A stretch of 61,511 nt of DNA, the filler included, from Chiloscyllium plagiosum (taxonomy: Eukaryota), in NCBI RefSeq assembly GCF_004010195.1. It is 5 parts of one record of this genome, joined end to end, with 100 filler letters (N's around TTAATTAATTAA, not from the genome) between each part and the next. Parts side by side here need not be neighbours in the genome. Positions count along the whole stretch, not along the records: positions 39,219 to 54,275 come from NC_057710.1; positions 54,376 to 61,511 come from NC_057710.1; 3 more parts are not named here. One strand, written 5' to 3'. Below the pieces are notes generated by a model that made no database searches, was not told the origin of the DNA, and worked only from the letters and a program-made list of their open reading frames with translations. Position numbers and translations under genes: made by a program. This document shows, piece after piece, positions 50,145-61,511 of this stretch (position 1 is the first letter of the stretch; each line of letters opens with the position of its first letter).

Positions 50145-50269
50145 GAGGTAAAAACAATGACTGCGGATGCTGGAAACCAGATTCTGGATTAGTGGTGCTG
50201 GAAGAGCACAGCAATTCAGGCAGCATCCGAGGAGCTTCGAAATCGACGTTTCGGGCAAAAGCCCTTCAT
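50145..50269 (-). mobile_element. PLE pseudo-LTR fragment (family A), truncated inside the hammerhead core
   Basis: Matches 39301-39425 in reverse and stops within CTGATGA. Confidence 0.85.
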
Positions 50270-50590
50270 GCGATAACCTAATTTTAAATTCGCAATATGT
50301 TGATGCTGCATTGTTTAAGAAAGACTGTGCGTCTTGTGAGCTTACTTTTTTTATTTCCAATGGACAAATACTGCCAATATTTTGCTTTCTAAAGCTAATT
50401 GCAACACATCGCACTGAATGAAACAAATGTTTGTGTCTTGTGACATTTTTAATGCAAAGGATTATGAAATTACAATATTTTTAATTAGATAAAGCATCTT
50501 CACATGTTTTGTTTTTCCTCAGTGCATAAATTTAAACATCTAATCTTTTGACTTGACAAATTAATAAATAATTCACAGTGCAGAACCTAC

Positions 50591-50880
50591 CCCACTAAGT
50601 TCGGGAAGTACCAGTTTTGCCATATTTTCATTTTCATCACCTGCAGCTGCTGTTTCCAAATTTTCCACAAAAGAAATGACTTGTCCATCAGGCTCAGGGT
50701 GCATTACTTCCTCACCACCTTCTAGGCTTATGGAACTCTGCAGAGACTTGGACTCTGCTGCTCCCTCACCCACACTAGACTCATGCTCAACAATTCCTTT
50801 ACCATGCAGCACCATCCCACTGCCTGAGAACTTTGCAACCCCAATAAGCAGCCAGCAGTAGTCCATGCTCTCATGATGGG
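50591..50880 (-). CDS. Candidate exon of unknown transcript (acidic 96-codon open frame)
   Basis: Acceptor TGTTGTTGTCTCTTAG, donor GGG|GTAGGT. Stop-free frame HHESMDYCWLL..ENENMAKLVLPELSG; no recognised homology. Confidence 0.3.
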
Positions 50881-51033
50881 CTAAGAGACAACAACAGTGA
50901 CCGGGTTCGGGCGGGGCTGAATGGCAGCAGTTGGGAGTTGGGTCCAGAAATGGCGTGCGACAGGGATCCCCACTCTGGAGGTCAAAGGTTGTGCCCTTGT
51001 TAGCCTGAACTTCAGGAACTGGCTGAAAGCATG

Positions 51034-51350
51034 AGATTGAGATTAGATCAGATTAGATTCCCTACAGTGTGGGTCATTTTGCCCAACCAGTCCACACCGA
51101 CCCTCTGAAGGGTCACCCACCCAGACTCATTTCCTGACATTTACCCTTGACTAATGTACCTAACACTATGGGCAATTTAGAATGGCAGATCCACCTAACT
51201 TGCACATCTTTGGACTGTGGGAGGAAACTGAAGCACACAGGAGGTAATTCACGCAGACACGGGGAGAACGTGTAAACTCCACACAGACAGTCACCCGAGG
51301 CTGGAATCGAACCTGGGTCCCTGGTGCTGTGACACAGCAGTGCTAAACCA
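51034..51350 (-). mobile_element. HE1-type SINE (left arm of head-to-head pair)
   Basis: Tail at 51034; head truncated at the junction. Confidence 0.92.
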
Positions 51351-51351
51351 A

Positions 51352-51648
51352 GGTGGCACAATGGCTCAGTGGTTAGCATTGCTGCCTCATAGCACCAGAG
51401 ACCTGGGCTCAATTCCACCCTCGGGCAACTGTCTGTATGGAGTTTGCACATTGTCTGCGTGGGCTTCCTCCCACAGTCCAAAGATGTGTAAGTCAGGTGA
51501 ATTGGCCGTGCTAAGTTGCCCAGAGTGCTAGGTGCATTAGTCATGGTTAAATGTTGGGAAATGGGTCTGGGTGTGATACCCTTTGGAGAGTCAGTGTGGA
51601 CATTTTGGGAAAATGGCCTGTTTCCACACTGTAGGGAATCTAATCTAA
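51352..51648 (+). mobile_element. HE1-type SINE (right arm of head-to-head pair)
   Basis: GGTGGCACAATGGCTCAGTGG head; (TCTAA)n tail. Confidence 0.92.
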
Positions 51649-52249
51649 CTGAGACTGCATATAGCATCAGTTACAGAAAGACATAGGTAGAAAGTCAGAA
51701 TTCCACCAAATGGCATAAATGTCTCATCTGTGATAGCATGTTATATGTGGTCAGACCAATATGCTTTGTAACTTTGTAACTACTCTATCCTATTGAAGTA
51801 GACATCAACACTTCACTTGTCTTCTAGTTAATTGGATCTGCACACTAACATTTTGTGATTCTTGTATAATGACACCTATATTCGTCCTTGCAGCATTCTG
51901 TGGCCTCTCTCCACTTAATGAATATCCTATATTTCTATCCTTCATGACAAAGTGGATCACTTTACATTTCCCCAAATTATGTTCTATCTGCCAGCATCTT
52001 GACCACTCATTTAAAGCTTCCTGTATTCCTTTGTAGAGGGATTCACGAGGAGGCGATTTGTCGTGGTAATATCACTGGAACAGGAATCCATAACCCGATT
52101 AGAACTCGACTTGGGTGTGGATCCCCATGTAGCAGATGGTGAAATTTAATAATGATCTGGAAATAAAGAGTTAGCCTAATGGCAACGAAGTGATATTGAT
52201 TGTTTTAAAAACCCAAAAAGGTCACTTTAATCGAGAACGGCCTCTAGGA

Positions 52250-52860
52250 GCCTTAGCAAAACAGAGTCAATGGGAATCAGGGAATAAACTCTCTCCTGGA
52301 TAGTCATATTTGACAGAAAAGAAGATAGTTGTGGTTGTCAATTGGACAGTGAGATATCAGTCATCACAGCTCTAGGACATCACAACAGGAGTTCCTCAGG
52401 CTAGTGGCCTAGCCCAAACATCTTCAGCTGCTTCATCAATGAATTTCCCTCCATTACAATAAGAACAGAAGTGGGGATTTTCACAGATGATCACACAAAG
52501 TTCAGCACCATTTGTGACAAGTTAGATACTGGAGGCATCCATGGCCAAATGCAGCAAGACCTGGACATTATCCAGGTTTGGGCTGCCAAGTGGCAGGTGA
52601 TATTCATGCCACACAAACTCCAGCCAGTGACCATCTCCAATAACAGACAACCTAACCATCACCCCTTGACATTCAATGGCATCACCTTCACTGATTCCAT
52701 CACTATCACATTCTGGGGCTTACTGCTGACTAAAAATTGAAATGGGCAAGCCATTTAAACACTGTGGCTATAACAGCAGGTTAGAGGTGAGGAAACCTTG
52801 CAGTGAGTAAGTCTGCATCCCAAAAATCTGTCCACTGTCAGGAACAACCCAGGAGTCTGA
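52250..52860 (+). mobile_element. CR1/L2-group LINE fragment
   Basis: VGIFTDDHTKFSTI..MQQDLDIIQVWAAKWQV. Confidence 0.82.
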
Positions 52861-53048
52861 TGGAATAGTCTGCAACTATCAGATTGAAGATATATACTCG
52901 AGACATCCTTACCCATATGTTTTATGGTCCAAAGTGTGAAATGTGCAGCTCCTATACAATGTACAGGCTTTGGAACCTTGGAAGGTGCTTGTAAGTTTAA
53001 TGATGATATATCTTTCCAGGCAGCAACACATTGCTTACGCATCACAAC

Positions 53049-53690
53049 TGTTATGGACTAGGCCAGACCACTCAAAACATCCTTAAGCAGGCAGCCCACA
53101 CCATAACTTGGCAATTTGTTTCGGTAAGTGTACAGTGAAATTACCCGGAGTAAGTTAGCTCTGTTGACTACCAGGTTTTAAAACAGGCACAAAATTATTC
53201 ACAAAATTACACAATGAAACACAAAGAACAGAATAGAGAACCTCTACAGAACTCAGTCTATCCAAACTAGACTTTATTACACTGTTCCAAATATACACAA
53301 CAGTTCCAATAAGCAAATCCCCTTTAAAAAGAAAATAAAAATGGAACAAATGCTTACAGGTTGAAGTTAGAAGGGTAGAAGGAGAGAGAATTTAGCAACC
53401 TGTTTCCACACAGCTCACTGTTGAACTCCTAACTAGTTCTGGACTGAACTGCTCAGCTAGAGAGCTGGCCGCTCCCCTTTCATTATAGGTCACTTCTAAA
53501 ACATGACCACTTTGGCCTGAAGTCTCATCTGTTTACATATAAACAAAAGGCCTCTCAAAATCCTTTAATCTCTGTACCAAACTAGTCTAATCAGAACTGG
53601 GAGCAGTTTACGATCCTGCTAAAAAAAAATAAAGGACACATCATTGAGAAAAGGAACAGGTTATAGAAAAAAGGGACCAGCTTTGTGACA
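53049..53690 (-). mobile_element. 3' LTR of a Gypsy element (642 bp)
   Basis: TG...CA termini. On the minus strand it is preceded by a polypurine tract AAGGGGGGGAGA (53702-53691). Confidence 0.85.
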
Positions 53691-54275
53691 TCTCCCCCCC
53701 TTAAAAAAAACTTCAATATCAAAAAATGGCTTAATTTTTAAAGCCCTTCAAAAACAAACTGGTTACTAGTCTAAAACACACATATATACACAATGCTAAC
53801 TATACACATGCAAACATGCACAACCATATGCAAATCCCAGCCGCGGTACACCCACCATCAAATGCCTTCGTATTTCATTCAAGTCTCAATAACGCATCAG
53901 CAATCACGTTTCCGTGACCTGCCACATGCACAGTTGTCAAAATGAATGGCTGCAACAACAGGCTCCATCTAAACAGTCTGGCATTTTGGTCCTTGAATTT
54001 CTCCACAAATATCAATGGGTTATGATCAGCGTGTACGATTGTCTCAGCTGCACTGCTGGTAATATAAACAGTGAAATGTTGTAAAGCTAACACCAAGCTT
54101 AAAGTCTCTTTCTCAAACTGTCGAATATTTCTGTTGATGAACATTCAACTTCCTGGAGAAATACCCGCTGGGTTTTTCTATCCTCTCATCATCCTCCTGC
54201 AGGAGCACCACACTGACACCCACATCACTGGCATTAATAGTCACATTGAAAGGCTTCGTGGAATCCGGTGTGTAA
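53691..54275 (-). mobile_element. Gypsy pol C-terminus: RNase H followed directly by stop, PPT and LTR (Gmr1-like)
   Basis: EKETLSLVLALQHFTVY..HADHNPL..NARLFRWSLLLQ..NVIADALLRLE* ends at 53875, ~185 bp from the LTR. Confidence 0.82.
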
Positions 54276-54375
54276 NNNNNNNNNNNNNNNNNNNNNNNNN
54301 NNNNNNNNNNNNNNNNNNNTTAATTAATTAANNNNNNNNNNNNNNNNNNNNNNNNNNNNNNNNNNNNNNNNNNNN
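54276..54375. other. Assembly gap with TTAATTAATTAA linker
   Basis: Direct observation. Confidence 0.97.
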
Positions 54376-55349
54376 CATCCTCACTCTATTCCCCTCTCTC
54401 CCTCCAACATTACCCCCTACCCCTCTCTCCTTTATTCTCAAAACCTCTCCTCCTTACCCGTTCCACTTCTCTGTCTCTAACCTTTTCCCCCTCTCCTCTC
54501 CTCCTTCATCCTCACCCCTGCCCCCTCTCAGATTCCAAACCGGTTCTCTTCTTCCATCCTCAACCCCTCCTCCTCCAACCTTACCCCTTTCCCACTATAC
54601 ACATTCTCCATAAAAGAATCTGGATATATGATCGAACATGCTGATCTACATGGGAATTATCAGGAGAATATCAATGTCCAATGTGCAGTTCACTTATTGT
54701 GCTGGATCTGCTCTGAATACCTCTGTCTCAGAGCTGGAATCAGAGATCTGAAGAGACCATGATACTTCCATAGATTGGTTACCCATCAAATGTTAAACTG
54801 ATTAAACCAAGTCTACCACCTAGGTAGCTAAATAACTGACTCCACCTAACCATCTGACTAATGATTTCCCAGACCCCCCCCCCAATTATCCTCCTGACCA
54901 CAAGTGACTTGTCTACCCCTCACAACTAATCTCCTGAGACAACTCAAACCAACGACTTCACCATCTGAGCTGATTTCCCTTTCATTTATCTCACCCACTT
55001 ACACATGCTAGCCATTTACCTAACATTATACCCACACTTCTCATCTACTTATCCACCTCGGTACCTCACCACCTAACCCCACCTGCCCACCACAACCACT
55101 TACCAATATCCACCTACCCAGTTACCTACGTACTTGCCTACCTCAACCAGCTTACTCAGCCACCTATTCACTCACCCACACACCAAACCATTCATGCACT
55201 CACACTTTAACTCATCCATTCATGAACATTAACACTACTCCAGAAGGAGCTCTACCCTTCGGCAAGCAGTTCCAGTACAGTTGGAACATTGTCATCTATT
55301 TGACATTGTGGAAGTTTACCCAGTGATACCACAAAGAACAGAACAAATA

Positions 55350-56400
55350 CACCACAGCCAATTCCAAACCCCCATCCCCTGCACCAATCTACTTTAAAGC
55401 ATCAAAAAGTGACAGAAAGTGCTGTCAACAGAGCAACCAATCAGTACTTAATAATAACTTGCTCAGTTTATGCTTTGCCAGACCCACCCAGCTTCATCCT
55501 TGGTCCAAACATGGACAAAAGTGCTGAGCTCAAGAGGGATTGACTTGCTCTAGACATATGGCATCAAGGAGCCCGAGCAAAACTGGAGAGAATGGAGATT
55601 GGGGTATTGACTTTCTGCCAGTTTTTCTTATTCACTCATGGGAGATGGGCAGCATTTATTATTATCCCTCGTTGCCTGTGAAAAGATGATCTTGAGCTGG
55701 CTAATTGAACCGCTGCAAAGCATGTGCTGTCAGTGGACCCACAGTGCCCATAAGGAGGGAATTCTAAGATTTTGACCCAGCGACATTGAAGGAACAGCAA
55801 TATATTTCCAAGTCAGAATGGTGAGTGGCTTGGATAGGAATTTGCAGGTGGTGGTGGTGTTCCCATATATCTGCTGCTTTTGTCCTCCTTGATTGAAGTG
55901 GTCATGTGTTTGGAAGGTGCTGTTCGATGAATTACTGCAGTGTATTTTGTAAATAGTACATGTTGCTGCTACTGAGTGTTAGTGGTTGAGGGAGTGGATA
56001 CCTGTGGATGTGATGCCAATCAAGCAGGCTGCTTTGTCTGGATGGTGTCAAGCTGCTTTAGTGTTGTTGGAGCTGCTCCATCCAGGTAAGTGAGAGAATT
56101 CCACCACACTCCCGACTTGTGCCTTGTAGATGGTGGAGTCACACTTAGCAAAAGGAAGATAGGTGGCATTTGTTAGAGGTCATGTCAGCCATAAGACATT
56201 GCTACAAGAGTTGCTCAGGGTAGTGACCTTGCCTCAGCTATCTTCAACTGCTTCATAAATGACTGTCCCTTAATCACAAAGTCAGAGGGGGCGATGTTCA
56301 CTGATTGCTTAGTTTTCAGCACTGTTCTTAGGTACTGATGTAGTTGATGTCTAAAGTCAAAAAGTCCTGGACAACATTGAGCTGCTAAAAGCAAGTGTCA
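55350..56400. mobile_element. CR1/L2-group LINE fragments: plus-strand copy interrupted by a minus-strand 3' end (~55625-56135)
   Basis: Homology to 6210-6400 (plus) and to 7830-8305 (reverse). Confidence 0.75.
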
Positions 56401-57396
56401 TGATCCCAGTATAACATTCCCTCGAAGCTGTGTGTGCCCATACAGCCCCACAACTGTTCCAAGGACCAATTAGCGTGCTGATAGGTTGGCTTCCACATGC
56501 AGAGATTACTCCCACAAATAAATCTCAGATGTCCATGAAAGAGAAATGGTAATGGTAATACTGAACAAGTCAGATTGCATGATGAAATCTGGCTTGACAG
56601 ATCATATATTTAACGTTTTTGGTGGGTTAATGTGGTGTTTAGTCATTAGGACATATTCATATGAGATTGCAGATGTTCTTTGCCAAGGGTACCTAAATTT
56701 ATGACACAAAAGATTAAATAAACAAATCATAACATATAGAAGTCAATGCTTACCCAGTGGTTTGTGATTCCTGATTACCTGTAACATAGGGCTGGTGGAT
56801 CATCAGGCTCAAGTTCTTCTCGTTATGTCCCTTCCATTAGAAACAGAAACAAAGGTTTAACCGATTCTCAACACTAATCTATTACAAAGGCTCAGTCTGA
56901 AAGAAATATCAGTCCTTTCTTCGTTTTTAAAACATCTTTATTTAACCACTGCTTTCACATTCGCTCTTCTTGAACTGTAGTATCAAATTTTCCAGATGCC
57001 TTCCTGATTCCACTGAGATGAACCTTTCACAATTCAGATGGCCTAAGCTTCCGCAGTTCCAGCAACTTGAAGAATTATATCCAAACCCTCCTAGCTTGGA
57101 TGCTGTACTGACTAAAAACAACTTCTGCGAAGGTGCATGATTCCCATGAAGTCAAGGGGAAAATGCCAAGATCTCCCACTAAGAGAAAAAAAAGTTCCAA
57201 GTTCTTTTCAATTAAAACTTTGAATCTTTTATTCTGACATCAAATTAATATTTTAATGTTTTTACTCTGCAGTCATAAACACAACAGTATAATAATTATA
57301 TCCATTAACACTACAGGGGTTCTCCCAAGCACTCTACTGCAATCACTTGCTTTCTTAGAACTGATGGATTAAGTCACTGTTCCAAACTGACTTTCT

Positions 57397-57717
57397 GATT
57401 AGATTAGATTACATTACATTACAGTGTGGAAACAGGCCCTTCGGCCCAACAAGTCCACACCGACCCGCCGAAGCGAAACCCACCCATACCCCTACATTTA
57501 CCCCTTACCTAACACTACGGGCAATTTAGCATGGCCAATTCACCTGACCCTGCACATCTTTGGACTGTGGGAGGAAACCGGAGCACCCGGAGGAAACCCG
57601 CGCAGACACGGGGAGAACGTGCAAACTCCACACAGTCAGTCTCCTGAGGCGGGAATTGAACCCGGGTCTCAGGCACTGTGAGGCAGCAGTGCTAACCACT
57701 GTGCCACCGTGCCGCCC
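57397..57717 (-). mobile_element. HE1-type V-SINE, full length, young
   Basis: Near-consensus head GGGCGGCACGGTGGCACAGTGGTTAGC, with CpGs retained. Confidence 0.95.
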
Positions 57718-57879
57718 ACGATCTTTTAAAAGAAAACCTGTCCCACATTCATCTGCCTTTTTTTTGAAATCCAAATCCCAAAATATAAAAATTAGTACAT
57801 AACAACAGGATTAGGCTATTCAACCCAGTGACCCCAACCTGCCATTCAGCACAATAATGGCTGATCAAACACTTCAATG

Positions 57880-59495
57880 ATCTTAGGGATAGTCAACACG
57901 GCCTTGTGCATGGGAAATCATGTCTCACAAATGGGCAACACAGTGGCACAGTGGTTAGCACTGCTGCCTCACAGCGCCAGAGACCCTGGTTCAATTCCCA
58001 CCTCAGGTGACTGACTGTGTGGAGTTTGCACATTCTCCCAGTGTTTGTGTGGGTTTCCTCCAGGTGCTCCGGTTTCCTCCCACAGTCCAAAGAAGTGCAG
58101 GTTAGGTGAATTGGCCATGGGAAATTGCCCGTAGTGTTAGGTGTAGGGGAATGGGTATGGGTGGGTGCACTCCGGTGGGTCGGTGTGGACTTGTTGGGCT
58201 GAAGGGCCTGTTTCCACACTGTAAGTAATCTAATCAAATGTGATTAATTTTTTTTTGAAGAAGTAACAGAGGATTGATGAGGGCAGAGCAGTAGATGTGA
58301 TCTGTATGGACTTCAGTAAGGCGTTCAACAAGGTTCCCCATGGGAGACTGACTAGCAAGGTTAGATCTCATGGAATACAGGGAGAACTAGCCATTGGGAC
58401 ACAGAACTGGCTGAAAGGTAGAAGGCAGAGGAGGGTGGTGAAGGGTTGTTTTTCAGACTGGAGGCCTGTGACCAGTGGAGTGCCACAAGGATCGGTGCTG
58501 GGTCCACTACTTTTCATCATATATATATAAATGATTTGGATGTGAGCATAAGAGGTATAGTTAGTAAGTTTGCAGATGACACCAAAATTGGAGGTGTGGT
58601 GGACAGCGAAGAAGGTTACCTCAGATTACAATGGGATCTTGATCAGATGGGCCAATTGACTGAGAAGTGGCAGATGGAGTTTAATTTAGATAAATGTGAG
58701 GTGCTGTATTTTGGGAAAGCAAATCTTAGCAGGACTTAATACATTTAATGGTAAGATCCTAAGGATTGTCACTGACCAAAGAGAATTTGGAGTGCAGGTT
58801 CATAGCTCCTTGAAAGTGGAGTCGCAGGTAGATAGGATAGTGAAGGCGGCATTTGGTACGCTTTCCTTTATTAGTCAGAGTATTGAGTACAGGAGTTGGG
58901 AGGTCATGTTGCGGCTGTACAGGTCATTAGTTAGGCCACTTTTGAAATATTGTGTGCAATTCTGGTCTCCTTCCTAATGGAAAGATGTTGTGAAACTTGA
59001 AAGGGTTCAGAAAAGATTGACAAGGATTTTGCCAGAGTTGGAGGACTTGAGCTATAGGGAGAGGCTGAACAGGCTAGGGTTGTTTTCCTTGGAGCGTCGG
59101 AGGCTGGGGGGTGACCTTATACAGGTTTATAAAATCATGAGGGTCATGGATAGGATAAATAGACAAAGTATTTTTCCTGGGGTCGGAGAGTCCAGAACTA
59201 GAGGGCATAGGTTTAGGGTGAGAGGGGAAAGATATAAAAGAGACCTAAGGGGCAACTTTTTCACGCAGAGAGTGGTACATGTATGGAATGAACTGCCAGA
59301 GGAAGTTGCAGAGGCTACAATTGCAACATTTAAAAGGCATCTGGATGGGTATATGAATCGGAAGGGTTTAGAGGGATATGGGCCGGGTGCTGGCAGGTGG
59401 GACTAGATGGGGTTGGGATATCTGGTCAGCATGGACGGGTTGGACCGAAGGGTCTGTTTCCGTGTGTACATCTGTATGACTCTATGACTGTATGA
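57880..59495 (+). mobile_element. CR1/HER1-type LINE ORF2 3' half, interrupted by SINE
   Basis: [37 protein letters not shown] and LERVQKR; tail (CTATGACT)n. Confidence 0.95.
57933..58235 (+). mobile_element. HE1-type V-SINE inserted in CR1, TSD CAAAT
   Basis: Full SINE; CAAAT(G) on both sides; the CR1 frame resumes after it. Confidence 0.93.
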
Positions 59496-59509
59496 CATGT
59501 AATCCATCA

Positions 59510-60400
59510 CGATTTACTGAAAACATACTGAAAGATTGAACTTCCACAGACCCCTGTCGCAGCGAATTCCAAGGTTTCAGAAACCTCTGTGTAAAAATGT
59601 TTCTCCTCATTTTGGATCTATGTGGAACCCCATATTCGTAAATTGATCTCCTTCATTCTAAACTCCCCATCCAGTGGAAACATCTTAACCTGCATCCACC
59701 CTATCCATCCTCTTAAGTATTTTGTAAATTTAAGAGATAACCTTTCATTCTTTCAAACAATACAAACCCAGTTTGCCCAATCTCTCTCCAAGTTTGACAT
59801 TCACGCCAACAGCAAATCACACAGAGGATATCAGACCCACTCTGTTGAAGTGTAACCAGTCCAGGTTGTACAGGTCCTACATGTTGCAGGGTTGATCCCA
59901 ATTCCATGGAAATCTGATTCCACTGATCCTATGTCAGTTATCCAGCTACGTATTCAACTGGGGCAAACATCCAGTTCTGATATTCACCAGCACATGGCAC
60001 AGGGGGTATTCCAGCCATTACTGCTCTTGAGGTCCTGCTTTTTAGATTTTATTTCCCTAACTCCCAAAAATCTGCCTTTAGCATCTCATTCCTCTTCCCA
60101 CCTGTATCATTGGTCCCAATGTGGGACACAACTTTTGGCTCATCCACTTTCCCCTGAAGAATGTTCTGCTGCTTCTCTCTGGTATCCTTGACACTATCCT
60201 GGAGTCACATTTCATGCCACAGAAACACCTGTCTGACTCCCTGGCTATGGAATCACTTATAACTATTGCTCTTCCATTCCTCTTCCTCCTTCCCTGTACA
60301 ACTGAGTTAACCAAATGTCATGGGCTTGACTCTCACTGCATTCCCCTGATGAGCCATCAACTTCACTAGTTTCTGAGACCATTAGCAAGCAAAGTTAACA
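59510..60400 (-). mobile_element. Older CR1 remnant (ORF1 SGNH-esterase piece and 3' region)
   Basis: RAIVISDSIARESDRCFCG..DSRIV resembles the CR1 ORF1 esterase GDSI block. A matching reverse 3' tail lies at ~57795-57875. Confidence 0.7.
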
Positions 60401-60409
60401 ATCACTAGT

Positions 60410-61511
60410 GGGGGATCCAAGATGGTGGCGACCCAGCAAGACTGAGTCTATAGTGCTCCTCCCAAGACTTGGGTACAGTGGGTCACCCACCCCCTACCAC
60501 ACTCACCAAATCATTTATAATAGTTGTGTAATTTAATTAGTTGTATAATATTACATTTAAACAATTTAATCCTAAATAAAAATGACTAAAGGGAAGGGAG
60601 CCCGCAGCTCTCAGCAGGCAGGAACCCCTCCCCCACCCTCTCCAGCTGCAGCAGAGGCGTCCACAGCCATCCGGGGGACTTACCTACAGTAACAAGCCTT
60701 GTGGAGATGATCTCCAAGCTGGATTCGAAGATCGAAGCCTTTATTGCAGAATCCAGAAATCGTTGGGACTCGCTCTCGGCCGCGCTGCAGAAGCACAACC
60801 GAGAAATCCAAGAAATTGAACGCCGAGTCGGAGGGGCGGAGTTAAAGGCCGCGACCTCCGAAAATACCACTCAATCGGCCGTGGATCAGGTCCGGACTCT
60901 CGAGCAGCGAGTCCGGACCTTGGAAAATCATATTGACGACCTCGATAATTGAGGTCGTCGAAAAAATATTCGTTTGCTGGGCCTTCCCGAACAGGAAGAG
61001 GAAGGCCAGCTTACAGCATTCCTGGAGCAGTGGCTGCCACAACTTTTAAATCTGCAAGCTGGACCAGGCCAGGTAAGGGTGGAATGGGCCTACCGAGTAG
61101 CAATACGCAGGCCTGGCTCAAACCAGCGCCCACGCCCGGTCCTGTTCCGGCTGCAGAGCTACAGGGAGAGGCAGAAACTCCTAGAAGCCTCTAGAAATCG
61201 CGGAAAAGACCCCCAAGCTATGATCCACAAAGGATCCAAGATCATTCTATTTCAGGACTTTTCCCCGGCTCTGGCTCGAAAGAGGAAGGCATTCGACGAG
61301 GCGAAGAAGCGTTTAAGGGACCTAAATGTACAGTACTCCTTACGCTACCCAGCGACATTACGCTTTAACCATGAAGGATCCGTATATAACTTTGGATCAC
61401 CAGAAAAGGCTAAGGAATTCTTGGACTCCCTTAGATAAACGGTAGTACATAATGGATGTTGGTCTGCCTTCCCCCCCCCGTTTTGGTTTATATCCCCTCC
61501 CTTTTTTTTCT
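60410..61511 (+). mobile_element. L1-clade LINE 5' end (5' UTR plus ORF1); element continues beyond window
   Basis: Begins GGGGGATCCAAGATGG (YY1-like, typical of L1 5' ends), followed by the ORF1. Confidence 0.85.
60582..61438 (+). pseudogene. L1 ORF1p (coiled coil-RRM-CTD), one frameshift (~60670) and one nonsense codon (60950-60952)
   Basis: DDLDN*GRRKNIRLLGLPE..AYRV..RPRPVLFRL..LFQDFSPALARKRKAF..YSLRYPATLRF. Confidence 0.88.

Noticed and set aside
54376..55210. C-rich strand-biased tract as a telomeric or structured repeat
   Set aside because: Low-complexity degenerate sequence with no regular period or TTAGGG units.

Overview
Eukaryotic, repeat-rich genomic DNA, almost certainly from an elasmobranch (shark or ray). 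This is inferred from about 13 copies of the HE1-type tRNA-derived V-SINE and abundant CR1/HER1-type LINEs. No recognisable intact host gene is present, and most ORFs in the track are spurious or transposon-derived. The window holds CR1 LINE fragments (including ORF1 zinc-finger and esterase pieces), RTE remnants, and Penelope-like elements (PLEs) with GIY-YIG ORFs. It also holds several Gypsy LTR remnants (one with Gmr1-like domain order), an ERV-like integrase fragment, an L1-clade ORF1 at the right edge, microsatellites, and assembly gaps, four of which carry an artificial TTAATTAATTAA linker. The most notable signal is a set of minimal type I hammerhead-ribozyme motifs (CUGANGA-stem II-GAAA followed by a palindromic tetramer) from three distinct PLE families. 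They occur in tandem or inverted arrangements, often within small non-autonomous insertions flanked by 13-15 bp target-site duplications (TSDs). A 39-nt PLE fragment is also captured between two 84-bp direct repeats. A possible unannotated spliced minus-strand transcript (candidate exons near 57.0, 50.7 and 49.5 kb) is suggested but unproven. Boundaries of old repeats are approximate, and all family assignments come from motif recognition by eye, not from database searches.
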